NCBI GenBank assembly: GCA_947449135.1
Contig: CANFQO010000009.1
Location: 610-64,609 of the forward strand
Direction: 5' to 3'
DNA: 64,000 nucleotides
Origin: Planctomycetaceae bacterium
Lineage (GTDB): Bacteria; Planctomycetota; Planctomycetia; Pirellulales; UBA1268
Positions within the stretch are counted from its first letter, which is position 1, and each line of letters opens with the position of its first letter. Shown in pieces: positions 38,644-49,144 of the stretch. A program made the translations under genes and the position numbers. Under the pieces are notes generated by a model that was not told the DNA's origin, ran no database searches, and saw nothing but the letters and a program-made list of their open reading frames with translations.

Positions 38644-38822
38644 GTGCATCTGGGGTATGTCGAGCGGCCCAAACCGCCGGGGTCGGTGACACGACTGTGT
38701 CCGCCGGCCAGCGGCGGACGGGCTCCGACTCGGGGGCAGGATAGCCCTACTCGCTTCGGCTTCCCCCGACCCCCGGCTCCCTTCGCGAGTCAAATAAGCC
38801 GCTACAGCTGACCGAGATGCGC
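38644..38822. other. Structured intergenic element (nested inverted repeats, 179 nt); possible ncRNA or repeat
   Basis: Nested complementary pairs GCATCT/AGATGC, AGCGGC/GCCGCT and GCCGGGGTCGG/CCGACCCCCGGC, plus inner hairpin GTCCGCCG[gccag]CGGCGGAC. Confidence 0.5.
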
Positions 38823-39023
38823 CCGAGCGGACTAAGTCAGTAGCCGTCATGGATCCCGGCTTTGTGGATTCGGCGAACTGTACGTTCGTTACCGGGGGAA
38901 TTCCCGGCTGTGTTTGCCGTGGCGAGGCCGTCGTGGTAGTTTTCAGCTATAAAATCCGGTCGTTTGCTGATTCGTGTTGGGGTCTTGTGCGCGGCCTGTG
39001 AGTATTTCAGAAGAGGATTACGA

Positions 39024-40460
39024 GTGTCTGTGAATGAGCGTGGTGACCCGCGGGCGGAGCAGGGGGACGGATTCCGTGAAGCATCTTCTGATGTGGAACG
39101 ACAGGACGTCGGCAGTTCGGCCGGCAGTTTTCGCACGATGGGGCTTTCGCCCGCCACGATGGATGCCGTTGAGCGGGCCGGTTACACGACCCCCACGCCC
39201 GTACAGGCTGGGCTGATTCCACGGGCCCTGACCGGCATCGACGTTCTGGGGCAGGCCCGCACGGGCACCGGCAAGACGGCGTCTTTCGTGCTGCCGATCT
39301 TGGAGCGCATGCAGCATCCGGGCCGGGGTGGTGGGCCGCGGGCCCTGGTGCTCGTTCCGACACGGGAGTTGGCCGTGCAGGTGCGGGATGAGTTTGAGAA
39401 GCTGGCTCATGGTTCGAAAATTCATTGCGTGGCCGTCTACGGTGGCAAGCCGATCAAGGGACAGATCGACAAACTGGCAAAGCATCCCGCGGTGATCGTC
39501 GGTACGCCGGGCCGCGTGCTTGATCACATGAGCCGGGGCACGCTGTCGTTTTCGGCACTCGAGATCGTCACGCTCGATGAGGCTGATCGGATGCTCGATA
39601 TCGGCTTCCGACCAGACATCGAGAAGATCCTCCGTCGCTGCCCCGAGAGCCGGCAGACACTGCTCCTCTCCGCGACGGTGCCTCCGCCGGTGGCCAAACT
39701 CGCCACCCGCTACATGCGGAATCCCGAAATCCTCGATTTTTCCGTCAACGAGTTGGCTGTCGAGACGATCGAGCAGGCCTATTTCACGGTCGAGCCGGTA
39801 CGTAAGTTCGATCTGCTGGAACGGCTGCTTGAGCGGGAGGATCCACGGCAGGTGATCGTGTTCTGTCGGACCAAGCGGGGAACGGACAAGATCTTTGAAC
39901 GTCTCTCCCGCCGCCGCAGTCGCGGCGCCGGTCAGGGCGGCCAGACCGACGAGGTGGCCTGCATCCACGGTGATCTTCCGCAGGGGGCGCGGGATCGCGC
40001 GATGAAGCAGTTCCGTGACGGTACGGTCCGCATTCTTGTCGCCACCGACGTGGTGGGCCGCGGCATCGACGTGTCGGGGGTATCGCACATCATCAATTAC
40101 GACATCCCCGAGTTCTGCGACGACTACGTGCATCGGGTGGGCCGAACCGGCCGCATGGGCCGCGAGGGCGTCGCCTACACGTTTGTCAGTCCAGAAGAGG
40201 GGCCGCAGCTCACGCGTATTGAGATGCGGATCGAACGGCTACTCAAGCGGGATGAGATCGCGGGCTTCGAGGCGTTTGATCGCCGGCCCAAGACGGAACT
40301 GCCGCGGGTCGGGGTGGGCGAGAGTGGTCTCGCCGCCAAGGTCGGTGCTCTGGTGGCCGAAGAGGCCGCCGCGGAAGAAGCCGCTGCACCAAAGAAGCCG
40401 TCGGCGGCCGCGCTGCTCGGCAAGGGCAGGGGTCCGAAGCGGCACCGTCGTGCCCTCTGA
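39024..40460 (+). CDS. DEAD-box RNA helicase
   Basis: PTPVQ, ARTGTGKT, PTRELA, TPGR, LDEAD, SAT, HRVGRTGRMG. Start approximate. Confidence 0.95.
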   Translation: MSVNERGDPRAEQGDGFREASSDVERQDVGSSAGSFRTMGLSPATMDAVERAGYTTPTPVQAGLIPRALTGIDVLGQARTGTGKTASFVLPILERMQHPGRGGGPRALVLVPTRELAVQVRDEFEKLAHGSKIHCVAVYGGKPIKGQIDKLAKHPAVIVGTPGRVLDHMSRGTLSFSALEIVTLDEADRMLDIGFRPDIEKILRRCPESRQTLLLSATVPPPVAKLATRYMRNPEILDFSVNELAVETIEQAYFTVEPVRKFDLLERLLEREDPRQVIVFCRTKRGTDKIFERLSRRRSRGAGQGGQTDEVACIHGDLPQGARDRAMKQFRDGTVRILVATDVVGRGIDVSGVSHIINYDIPEFCDDYVHRVGRTGRMGREGVAYTFVSPEEGPQLTRIEMRIERLLKRDEIAGFEAFDRRPKTELPRVGVGESGLAAKVGALVAEEAAAEEAAAPKKPSAAALLGKGRGPKRHRRAL

Positions 40461-40501
40461 CAGGCCTTCGGGATCCTGCGGCGAAACTACGGACGTGATC
40501 C

Positions 40502-41257
40502 ATGGAAGGAAGCGGCAAACAGTCGGGCTCGCCGGGCGGCAACGGTCGGAAACGAGCGCTGAAGCAACGGCTGGAGAGCCTCGCTTCGTCAGGTGTTTCC
40601 AGCCTGCCCAAGCAGCGGGCCGTGAAGAAGGCTCCGGTTGCCACCGGCGGCGGGGGGCGTGTTTCTGCCAAGGCGCCAGCTGCGGCCATTGGATCGCGCA
40701 TTCGGTCACTCGACGTGCTTCGCGACGAAGTGGCAGCCTGCCGCCTCTGTGAGCCGCTGGCCAAAGCTCGCACGCACACTGTGTTTGGGGCGGGCCCGGC
40801 CACGGCGAGGATCTGTTTTCTGGGCGAAGCCCCCGGCGCCGACGAGGATGCGTCAGGCGAGCCGTTCGTGGGCCGTGCCGGACAGTTGCTCACGAAAATC
40901 ATCGAGTCATGCACGCTCTCGCGGGAAGAGGTCTACATCCTCAATGTGCTCAAGTGCCGTCCTCCGGAGAACCGTCGGCCGCAGCCTGATGAAACGGCCA
41001 ACTGTCGTGGCTACTTCGAAAAGCAGTTGGAGATCATCGCTCCGGAATTCATCTGTTGCCTGGGCACGACTGCCGCACAGGCACTGCTGCAGACCGATGA
41101 GACGATCGGCGCCTTGCGGAAGCGTTGGTTCACCTGGGGAACGGCGCAGGTCATCTGTACCTATCACCCCTCGTATCTCCTGCGGAATCCGCCAGCCAAA
41201 CGCGAGGTCTGGGACGACATGAAACTGTTGATGGCCAAGATGGGCGTGCAGTTGTAG
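40502..41257 (+). CDS. Uracil-DNA glycosylase, family 4 (Fe-S)
   Basis: CRLC, GEAPG..ED, PFVGRAG, NVLKCRPPENR, YHPSYLLR. Confidence 0.92.
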   Translation: MEGSGKQSGSPGGNGRKRALKQRLESLASSGVSSLPKQRAVKKAPVATGGGGRVSAKAPAAAIGSRIRSLDVLRDEVAACRLCEPLAKARTHTVFGAGPATARICFLGEAPGADEDASGEPFVGRAGQLLTKIIESCTLSREEVYILNVLKCRPPENRRPQPDETANCRGYFEKQLEIIAPEFICCLGTTAAQALLQTDETIGALRKRWFTWGTAQVICTYHPSYLLRNPPAKREVWDDMKLLMAKMGVQL

Positions 41258-41511
41258 GGCCCTTTTTTTCCGGTTGAACCGGTTTTGCTGAAGAATCGGG
41301 CCCGAGCCATCCGAAAACGTGTGTGGGTGGTGGGGTGGGGAGCAGCCGCTGTTGGGGTCCGAGCCGTGACGCTCGGATGACGGGGTGAGGATGGGGCCGC
41401 GGGATATCCCGCGATTCCCGTTGTGCCCTGGGATTCCCGTCAGGGCTGTCGCTTCCGGTGGGATCCGGTGTGACCCGTGGGACGAAGGGCCCGCCATCTG
41501 GAAGGGACCGC

Positions 41512-42114
41512 ATGGTTGCATCACGATTGAAACGGGTTCCGCGGTCACGGGCTTGGGCGCTGACAACGGCGGCCGCCCTCGGGCTGGCATCGGCTGGCTG
41601 CACGATGTGCCCCGATCCCTTCGACTATTCCGGCCCGGTACCGAACGGTTCGTCGCCGCAAAACGACTTCCGGGCGCGAAGCAACGGCATCCTGCCTTTG
41701 GGCGCATCCCCAAGGCCCTGGCCGCTGATCGTCAAGAACGATGGTCGGCCGGATGCTGGGCCAGATCACGATGAGCCGATACCCACCCTTGCCGACGACG
41801 ACATCCCGGCGGATCTGCAGCAGACCGTAGCCGTTGTGGGAGAGTCGACAGAGGATTTCGGTGCGGAAGGCGAGCCTGAAGCAGAGCCCACCGACGCGGT
41901 GTCTCCCGCACTTGAGCCGGTGCCGGTCGCCGCAGAGCCGACAGACGCACCGCAGGAAGCGGTGGAAGTCACGCTTGAACAGGCGGAATCGGAAACCGAA
42001 GAAGCGACGGTCGTGCCCACGAATCTCCCTCAGTCCGAACCGGTGGTGACGACGGAGAATGGCGTCCCGTTTCAGGCTGGTGAGACTCCTGGCTGGCGTT
42101 CCCGCAACCGTTGA
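41512..42114 (+). CDS. Hypothetical lipoprotein
   Basis: Lipobox-like LASAG-C followed by TMCPDPFDYSGPV; acidic low-complexity tail. Confidence 0.6.
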   Translation: MVASRLKRVPRSRAWALTTAAALGLASAGCTMCPDPFDYSGPVPNGSSPQNDFRARSNGILPLGASPRPWPLIVKNDGRPDAGPDHDEPIPTLADDDIPADLQQTVAVVGESTEDFGAEGEPEAEPTDAVSPALEPVPVAAEPTDAPQEAVEVTLEQAESETEEATVVPTNLPQSEPVVTTENGVPFQAGETPGWRSRNR

Positions 42115-42136
42115 ATCTCGCTACGGGATTGTCGGG

Positions 42137-43438
42137 TCAGGGGCGCCAACCGTCCGGCACGATGGCATCCTTCGGCACCACCGCGATCCCGTCACGTACG
42201 GTGAACCGGTCGCTGTCGGCCGACGAATCGCAACCATGGTCGTTGCTGATCCGTACGCCGCACCCGATCCGCACATTCTTGTCGACGATGGCGCCCTCGA
42301 TCACGGTGCCAGCACCGATGCCCATTCTGGGCAGCCCCTTGGCGGCATTGGCAGCGATGTCATCTGCCGTCTCGAAGAAGTCGTTGCCCAGAATCACCGA
42401 GTTGCGGATCACCACGTCGCGACCGATTCGGCACCGCACTCCGATGACGCTGTTCTCGATCACCGCCCCTTCCTCGACGAGGCAGCCGTCGGAGAGCAGG
42501 CTGTGTCGCACCGTGGCACCGTCGATCCGAGATGGCGGTAGGAATCTGCCTCGCGAATAGATCGGTGCCTCCGGCATCGCCATGTCAAAGGGCGGAGCGG
42601 GACTGGCGAGATCGAGGTTGCACTGGTAGTAGGAGCGGATCGTGCCGATGTCCTCCCAGTAGCCGTCGAAGGGATGCAATTGCACTTTCTTGGCTCGGAT
42701 CGAGGCCGGAAAGACCTCGCGGCCAAAGTCTTGATAGTCCGTTTTTGTGAGCAGATCGACAAGACAGTCGCGGTCGAATAGGTAGATGCCCATGCTCGCC
42801 ATCAGGCTGCGACCCTGGGCCGGAATGCCCTGCCGCTCGATCCAGGCGGGATCGGTTCGCACCATGTCGAGTTCCGCCTGAGTCTGAGGTTTTTCGAGGA
42901 AGCCCTCGACCCGTCCCTGGCCGTCGAGCCGCATGATCCCGAGTGCCGACGCGGCATCCTCATGCACGGGAATCCCTGCGATCGTGACGTCGGCGCGGCT
43001 GGCCATGTGGGTGGCCAGCATGTCGGCGTAATTCATCCGGTAGAGCTGGTCGCCCGACAGAATCAGCACATGGCGGATGTCTGGCTGCTGCAGATAGCGG
43101 AGATTTTGGCGGACGGCGTCGGCCGTACCCTGGTACCAGCCCGCATTGTCGTTTGTCTGCTGGGCGGCCAGGATCTCCACGAAGCCGCCATTGAACGGGT
43201 CGAACGTGTAGGTCCGACGGATGTGGCGGTGGAGGCTCACGGAGTTGAACTGCGTCAGCACGTAGATCCGCTGCACGCCACTGTTGATGCAGTTGGAGAG
43301 CGGCACGTCGATGATGCGGTATTTGCCCGCCAGCGGTACGGCCGGCTTGGAGCGGTCGCGGGTGAGGGGATAGAGCCGGGTGCCGCGGCCTCCTCCGAGC
43401 ACCAGAGCCAATACACGCTGCACGCTCATGATGGTCAC
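42137..43438 (-). CDS. glgC: Glucose-1-phosphate adenylyltransferase (copy 2)
   Basis: LGGGRGTRLYPLT..RSKPAVPLAG, QFNSVSL, GFVEILAAQQT, LSGDQLYRMNY, YWEDIGT. Confidence 0.95.
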   Translation of the reverse strand: MTIMSVQRVLALVLGGGRGTRLYPLTRDRSKPAVPLAGKYRIIDVPLSNCINSGVQRIYVLTQFNSVSLHRHIRRTYTFDPFNGGFVEILAAQQTNDNAGWYQGTADAVRQNLRYLQQPDIRHVLILSGDQLYRMNYADMLATHMASRADVTIAGIPVHEDAASALGIMRLDGQGRVEGFLEKPQTQAELDMVRTDPAWIERQGIPAQGRSLMASMGIYLFDRDCLVDLLTKTDYQDFGREVFPASIRAKKVQLHPFDGYWEDIGTIRSYYQCNLDLASPAPPFDMAMPEAPIYSRGRFLPPSRIDGATVRHSLLSDGCLVEEGAVIENSVIGVRCRIGRDVVIRNSVILGNDFFETADDIAANAAKGLPRMGIGAGTVIEGAIVDKNVRIGCGVRISNDHGCDSSADSDRFTVRDGIAVVPKDAIVPDGWRP

Positions 43439-43524
43439 GTCCTTGCGAATGCTAGTGCCTACCCGCCGGCCACCATGCTACGGGAAGCGGCGGCACTCGC
43501 CAAATGGCATCACTCTCACCCGGC

Positions 43525-46317
43525 TCACTTCAACACGAAATTCACCAGCCGACCAGCAACGGCGACAACCTTCGCGATCTCCCGGCCCGCGATGAGTTCC
43601 GCGATCTTCGGATCGGCCATGGCGGCCGCCTTCATCGCGTCGGCGTCGGCGTCGGCCGGCACCGTCACGCGGCCACGGAGCTTCCCCTGGATCTGGACCG
43701 GGATCTCGACGGTGTCATCCTTGAGCCACTGCGTTTCGACGGCGGGCCAGGCAGCGAGCGATACCGGCGCCGGCCGGCCCAGAATCTCCCAGAGTTCCTC
43801 GGCCAGATGCGGCGCAAAGGGAGCGAGTACCGTCACGAACGGCTCGAGGATCGCCCGCGGCCGGCGGTCGAGCGGCGTACAGAAATTCACAAACTCCATC
43901 ATCCTCGCGATGGCCGTGTTGAAGGAGAGAGCCTGGATGTCCTTCGTCACTTTGTCGACTGTGCGGTGGATCTCACGGAGTTGTTCATCGGTCGGGGCAT
44001 CGTCGCAGACCTGCGGGGCGATCGCGATCGATTCGGCCCGTTCGTCCACCACCAGCCGCCAGCAGCGGTCGAGGAACCCACGAACACCACCCACGCCGGC
44101 CGTGCTCCACGGTTTTGTGGCTTCGAGCGGCCCCATGAACATCTCGTAGAGACGCAGTGAATCGGCGCCGTGGTCGCGGACAACGCTGTCGGGATTCACC
44201 ACGTTGCCGCGGCTCTTCGACATCTTGTAGGCCCGGCTCTCGACTCGGATCTTGGGCGCATCACGAAGCACGAAGTGCTCCCCCTGTTTCTCCACCTGAT
44301 CGGCGGGCAACTTCACCGGGGAATCGCCCTCGGCCTGCTGTCCGGCCGTCACCCATCCACCCTTCACGCTTCGGTAGCCGGTGAACTCCATCTCGCCAAG
44401 GATCATCCCTTGGTTCACGAGTTTTCCAAACGGCTCGGGTTGCGAGACATGCCCGCGGTCGAAGAGCACCTTGTGCCAGAATCGGCTGTAGAGCAGGTGG
44501 AGCACGGCATGCTCTGCGCCGCCCACGTAGAGGTCGACCGGCATCCAGGCCTTCTCGATTTCGGGATCGAGAAAACGATCGGAGTTGTGGGGATCGAGGA
44601 AGCGGAGGTAGTACCAGCAGGAACCCGCCCACTGAGGCATGGTGTTCGTCTCACGCCGATAGCGCTTGCCATCCCGTTCGACGAACAGCCAGTCGGGACC
44701 CGACCGGCCGAGCGGTGGCTCAGGAGTGTTGCCTGGCCGAAAGTCGGTGAGTTCCGGGAGGCCCACCGGCAGATCGCGTTCGTCGACCGCGCGGATCGCG
44801 CCTGTGGGGCGGCCGTCGGCGTCGAGTTCGTGCAGGATCGGGAATGGCTCGCCCCAGAACCGCTGCCGGCTGAAGAGCCAGTCACGGAGCTTGTAATTGA
44901 CCGCCGGCCGGCCGAGCCCGGCATCCTGAAGATCCTGCGACACCCGCGTGATGAACGTCCGTGTATCGAGGCCTGTGTAGGGGCCAGATGCCGTTGCCAG
45001 ACCGTCCCCCGTGAAGAGTTCGCCGGCCGCCAAAGCGGTGGCATCGGCCGGCTCGACGACCGTGACCACGTCGAGCCCAAACGTCTTGGCGAATTCGAAG
45101 TCGCGATCGTCGTGCGCCGGCACGGCCATGATCGCGCCGGTGCCATAGGAAGCCAGCACGTAGTCAGCCACCCAGACAGGAACGGGATTGCCAGAGAGGG
45201 GATGCACGACGCACGTGCCGGTAAACACCCCCGACTTCTCGCGGGCCAGGTCGGTGCGGTCGAGGTCGCTCTTCCGTGAGGCCGCCTCGCAATACGTGCG
45301 GATCGCTTCGCGCTGCCCGGGGGTCGTCAGGCTGTCGAGCAATGGATGCTCCGGCGCAATGACCATGAAGGTCACTCCGTAGAGCGTGTCGGGCCTCGTC
45401 GTGTAGACGCGGAGGGCGTCCACGGGGTTTCGCTCAGGAAAACCGGTGTCAGTACGCTGCTTTTTCCATTGCTGAAAGGCGGTATCACCACCGGCAGTGG
45501 GCGGGATAAAAAAATCGACCTCGGCGCCCGTGCTCCGGCCGATCCAGTCGCGTTGTAGTTTCTTGATGCTCGCAGGCCAGTCGAGGCCCTCGAGTTCGCG
45601 GTCGAGCCGGTCGGCGTAGGCGGTGATTCGCAGCATCCATTGCCGCAGCGGAATGCGGACGACCGGATGGCCGCCACGCTCGCTGACACCACCGATCACC
45701 TCCTCGTTGGCCAGCACCGTGCCCAGCGCCGGGCACCAGTTCACTGGGGCCTCCGACTGGTAGGCGAGCCGGTGGGCGTCGCGATAGGCGGCGACGGCGG
45801 CCTCGCCCTGGCTCGCGGTGTCGGCGGGGATCGGGAGTTCCGCTATCGGCCGGCCCTTCTGGAGGGCTGTGTCAAACCAGGTGTCGAAGAGCTGCAGAAA
45901 GATCCACTGTGTCCAGCGAACGTATTCGAGGTCGGTCGTCGCCAGCACGCGGTTCCAGTCGTAGCTGAAGCCGAGCATCTTCAGCTGGCGGCGGAAGGTG
46001 TCGATGTTGCGTTCGGTGCTTTCCCGTGGCGGCGTGCCGGTGCGGATCGCATGCTCTTCTGCCGGGAGGCCGAAGGCGTCGAAGCCCATCGGGTGCATGA
46101 CGCTCGTGCCCCGCATCCGTTCAAACCGGGTGACGATGTCGGTGGCGGTGTAGCCCTCGGGGTGGCCGACGTGCAGGCCGTCGCCGCTGGGGTAGGGAAA
46201 CATGTCGAGCACATACTTCTTCCCCGCCCCTGGGAGCCGCGGCGTGGCAAAGGTGCCGTGAGTGTCCCACCAGGCCTGCCACTTGGGTTCGATCTGGGAC
46301 GGCTGATAACGGGGCAT
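43525..46317 (-). CDS. leuS: Leucine--tRNA ligase
   Basis: [47 protein letters not shown]. Confidence 0.97.
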   Translation of the reverse strand: MPRYQPSQIEPKWQAWWDTHGTFATPRLPGAGKKYVLDMFPYPSGDGLHVGHPEGYTATDIVTRFERMRGTSVMHPMGFDAFGLPAEEHAIRTGTPPRESTERNIDTFRRQLKMLGFSYDWNRVLATTDLEYVRWTQWIFLQLFDTWFDTALQKGRPIAELPIPADTASQGEAAVAAYRDAHRLAYQSEAPVNWCPALGTVLANEEVIGGVSERGGHPVVRIPLRQWMLRITAYADRLDRELEGLDWPASIKKLQRDWIGRSTGAEVDFFIPPTAGGDTAFQQWKKQRTDTGFPERNPVDALRVYTTRPDTLYGVTFMVIAPEHPLLDSLTTPGQREAIRTYCEAASRKSDLDRTDLAREKSGVFTGTCVVHPLSGNPVPVWVADYVLASYGTGAIMAVPAHDDRDFEFAKTFGLDVVTVVEPADATALAAGELFTGDGLATASGPYTGLDTRTFITRVSQDLQDAGLGRPAVNYKLRDWLFSRQRFWGEPFPILHELDADGRPTGAIRAVDERDLPVGLPELTDFRPGNTPEPPLGRSGPDWLFVERDGKRYRRETNTMPQWAGSCWYYLRFLDPHNSDRFLDPEIEKAWMPVDLYVGGAEHAVLHLLYSRFWHKVLFDRGHVSQPEPFGKLVNQGMILGEMEFTGYRSVKGGWVTAGQQAEGDSPVKLPADQVEKQGEHFVLRDAPKIRVESRAYKMSKSRGNVVNPDSVVRDHGADSLRLYEMFMGPLEATKPWSTAGVGGVRGFLDRCWRLVVDERAESIAIAPQVCDDAPTDEQLREIHRTVDKVTKDIQALSFNTAIARMMEFVNFCTPLDRRPRAILEPFVTVLAPFAPHLAEELWEILGRPAPVSLAAWPAVETQWLKDDTVEIPVQIQGKLRGRVTVPADADADAMKAAAMADPKIAELIAGREIAKVVAVAGRLVNFVLK

Positions 46318-46470
46318 CACGTGGGGTCCGGGGGGGCTGTGCACGGATCCGTGCACGAATCAGAAACGGGCGGAAAGCGGGCCGAACTGGTCAGCCCGGG
46401 TGGGGCCGATTCTAATGGCTTCCGGGGGACGGGCAACGAGCCCGCCCATAACCGCACTCCGGATCGACCC

Positions 46471-48084
46471 ATGCCCATTCAGACCGGTTCTCCGATGGTG
46501 TTGCAGCGGCTGCTGCTGCGGGCGTGCCGCAGTGCCGGCAGCCGGCTCAAGATGGCCGACTCGCTTGGCACGCGGCTGACTGGCCGGGAAGCGTTGACCC
46601 GCATCCTGGCCGCAAAGAGCGTGCTCGATCGCGTGCTGGCGGCGGATGAAAAGATGGTGGGCGTGCTGCTGCCGCCCACGGCGGGGGCAGCGATCGTGAA
46701 TGCGGCGCTGGCGCTCTCCGGCCGGGTGGCAGTCAACCTCAACTACACGGCGTCGCAGGCGATCGTGGACCTCTGCATCGACCGGGCAGGACTGAAGCAC
46801 GTCATCTCGAGCCCGGCGTTTCTCAGCCGGGTCAAACTCGACGTAGGCTCGAAGCTGCTCGACGCCGGCGACCTGCGGAAGCGGCTCACCGCATTCGACA
46901 AGGTGAAGGCCTTCGTCCATGCCACGATCACACCGGTCGGACTACTGGACAAACTCCTCAAACTTGACCGGATCAAGCCCGACGACCTGCTCGCTGTGAT
47001 CTTCACCTCCGGTTCTACAGGTGACCCGAAGGGGGTCATGCTCTCAGTCGAGAACGTCGGTTCGCAGGTGCGAGCCATCGACAGAGTCCTCCACCTTTCC
47101 CCAGCCGACGTGGCGTTGGGCGTGCTCCCCTTCTTCCACGTCTATGGCTACACGACCACGCTCTGGACTCCGCTGGCCCTCGAGCCCGGCGTGGTCTATC
47201 ACACTGACCCTCGCGAGGCGCAGACGGTTGGCCGGCTGGCGCGTGAGTATCACGCCACGCTGCTGATGGCCACGCCGACCTTCCTGCGTTACTACACCCG
47301 GCGCACTCCGGCCGAGGATTTCTCGACGCTGGAGGCTGTCTTCGGCTCTGCCGAGAAGCTTCCCAAAGAAGTCTCCGACGCCTTCGAGAAGCGGTTTGGC
47401 GTACGGCCCAGCGAGGCCTACGGCGCGACGGAACTCTCGCCATTGGTTTCGGTCAATGTGCCTGTGTCACGGCACGTGCCGGGGCGGCCTGTCGATGCGA
47501 GAGAGGGCACGGTGGGCCAGCCGATCTTCGGCTGCCGCGCCCGGATCACCGAACGTGACAGCCTGAAGGAACTGCCCATCGGCGAGGAAGGCATGCTCTG
47601 GATCAGCGGCCCCAACGTGATGCAGGGCTATCTCAACCGGCCTGACCTGACGGCGAAGGCGGTGCGCGACGGCTGGTATTGCACAGGTGACATTGCCAAG
47701 CTCGACGCGGATGGTTTCATCACGATCACCGGTCGCCAGAGCCGGTTCTCGAAGATCGGCGGTGAGATGGTGCCGCATCTCACCATCGAAGAGGCGGTGA
47801 ATGAGACGCTCGGCGCCGCCGAAGGGGAGTTGCTTGCGGTGGTGACGTCAGTGCCCGACGTTGCCAAGGGCGAACGACTGATCGTGTTTCACGTCCCGAT
47901 TCCCCGGGATCCGGAAGAGGTCGTCAAGACGTTGATCCAGCGCGGCCTTCCAAAGCTCTGGGTGCCTTCAGCCGACAGCTTTGCCGAGATTGAAGAGCTG
48001 CCGATACTGGGGTCTGGGAAGCTCGACCTAAGGCGCCTGGGCGACATGGCAAGGCAGCGGTTCGCCGCCGAGAACGCCACGTGA
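46471..48084 (+). CDS. AMP-binding protein (Aas-like acyl-ACP synthetase)
   Basis: FTSGSTGDPKG, YGATELSP, TGD, GRQSRFSKIGGEMV, LGSGK. Start trimmed to 46471. Confidence 0.88.
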   Translation: MPIQTGSPMVLQRLLLRACRSAGSRLKMADSLGTRLTGREALTRILAAKSVLDRVLAADEKMVGVLLPPTAGAAIVNAALALSGRVAVNLNYTASQAIVDLCIDRAGLKHVISSPAFLSRVKLDVGSKLLDAGDLRKRLTAFDKVKAFVHATITPVGLLDKLLKLDRIKPDDLLAVIFTSGSTGDPKGVMLSVENVGSQVRAIDRVLHLSPADVALGVLPFFHVYGYTTTLWTPLALEPGVVYHTDPREAQTVGRLAREYHATLLMATPTFLRYYTRRTPAEDFSTLEAVFGSAEKLPKEVSDAFEKRFGVRPSEAYGATELSPLVSVNVPVSRHVPGRPVDAREGTVGQPIFGCRARITERDSLKELPIGEEGMLWISGPNVMQGYLNRPDLTAKAVRDGWYCTGDIAKLDADGFITITGRQSRFSKIGGEMVPHLTIEEAVNETLGAAEGELLAVVTSVPDVAKGERLIVFHVPIPRDPEEVVKTLIQRGLPKLWVPSADSFAEIEELPILGSGKLDLRRLGDMARQRFAAENAT

Positions 48085-49133
48085 CGCCCGGCGGACCATC
48101 GTTGCCGCTGACGATTCGGCTTGGCCGGTCTGACGACATGCGGGCCGAGATTGTGCTGCAGTTCGCCTGTGATCATGGGGGCGTCGGCGAGCGACTCCAG
48201 TTGGATGGCACGCTTGTGGGCCCACGCCGCGGCCGCGACATGACACTGCCGACGACCGTGAAGCTGGTCGACATCACAGGTGATCGTCCAGTCGATGCGG
48301 CCGCGGGGCGGGCCCTTGCGCGGGGCGTGTTCACAGAGCCCGCCTACTGGACGCCCGAGCTTCCCAACCTCTATCGGCTGCAGGCCCGAGTGCACCGTGG
48401 CGACCGCACCGTCGCGGTCTATGACGAGATGATCGGCCTGCGGCGGCTCGGGGTGCGGGGCCGGTCGCTCTGGTTGGAAGGCCGCCGCTGGGTGCCGCGT
48501 GGGCTGACGATTCCGACGACAGGCTTCGATCCAGTGTCGCTGCGGAGCCTGTCCGCGGCCGCCGTGATCGATGATCCTACCGAAGAGATCTGTGCGTTGG
48601 CGGATCAGGCAGGTGTGGCGATCGTCGCGCGGCTTCTAGACGCGGATCGTCAGCCCCTGGAAGCCACTCGTGTGGCCGAACGCATCGCCGCCTGGTCACT
48701 GCATCCATCGGTGGTGCTGGCGGTGGTGCCGCGGTTGGCGTCCGACGAGCAGTCAGCGGCAATCGTCGCCGTTGCCCGGCCGCTGAAGGGCACGATGCTC
48801 ATCGGCCAGGAGGTCGACGGCACGCAGTCGCCTGATGCGGTGACCGGGGCACTCGTCGACATGGTCGACTGTCTGATCGTTGATCTACCCCGCGATGGCC
48901 TGCCGCACGACGCGTGGCGGTCAGGCGGATCGTGGCGAACGGACGGGACTCCGACGGATAAGCCTCCGACAGAGAAGCCATTGCTGGCCCAGCGGGCCGT
49001 GGCCACGGGGACCGCAGCGGAGCACCGGCAAGAGTGCGATCGATTCCAGGCTTCCCTGGCGGCCTGGGGGCTCGCCCGTGGAGCCGGGCAACTGCCCTGG
49101 GACTGGGCGGGGTATCTCTCCGCCGCGTGGTAG
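48081..49133 (+). CDS. Hypothetical protein with glycoside hydrolase family 2-like Ig domain and degenerate barrel
   Basis: EPAYWTPELPNLYRL...IGLRRLGVRGRSLWLEGRR, LADQAG..., HPSVV resemble GH2 segments. Confidence 0.55.
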   Translation: MTPGGPSLPLTIRLGRSDDMRAEIVLQFACDHGGVGERLQLDGTLVGPRRGRDMTLPTTVKLVDITGDRPVDAAAGRALARGVFTEPAYWTPELPNLYRLQARVHRGDRTVAVYDEMIGLRRLGVRGRSLWLEGRRWVPRGLTIPTTGFDPVSLRSLSAAAVIDDPTEEICALADQAGVAIVARLLDADRQPLEATRVAERIAAWSLHPSVVLAVVPRLASDEQSAAIVAVARPLKGTMLIGQEVDGTQSPDAVTGALVDMVDCLIVDLPRDGLPHDAWRSGGSWRTDGTPTDKPPTEKPLLAQRAVATGTAAEHRQECDRFQASLAAWGLARGAGQLPWDWAGYLSAAW

Positions 49134-49144
49134 CATCAAGCTCC

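Noticed and set aside
41258-41511. Intergenic region with short palindromes and G-runs
   Set aside because: No repetition elsewhere in the window and no coherent structure beyond what high GC predicts.
45640-46470. N-terminal extension of the AMP-binding protein (814-aa ORF)
   Set aside because: Overlaps leuS in antisense; the likely start is 46471.
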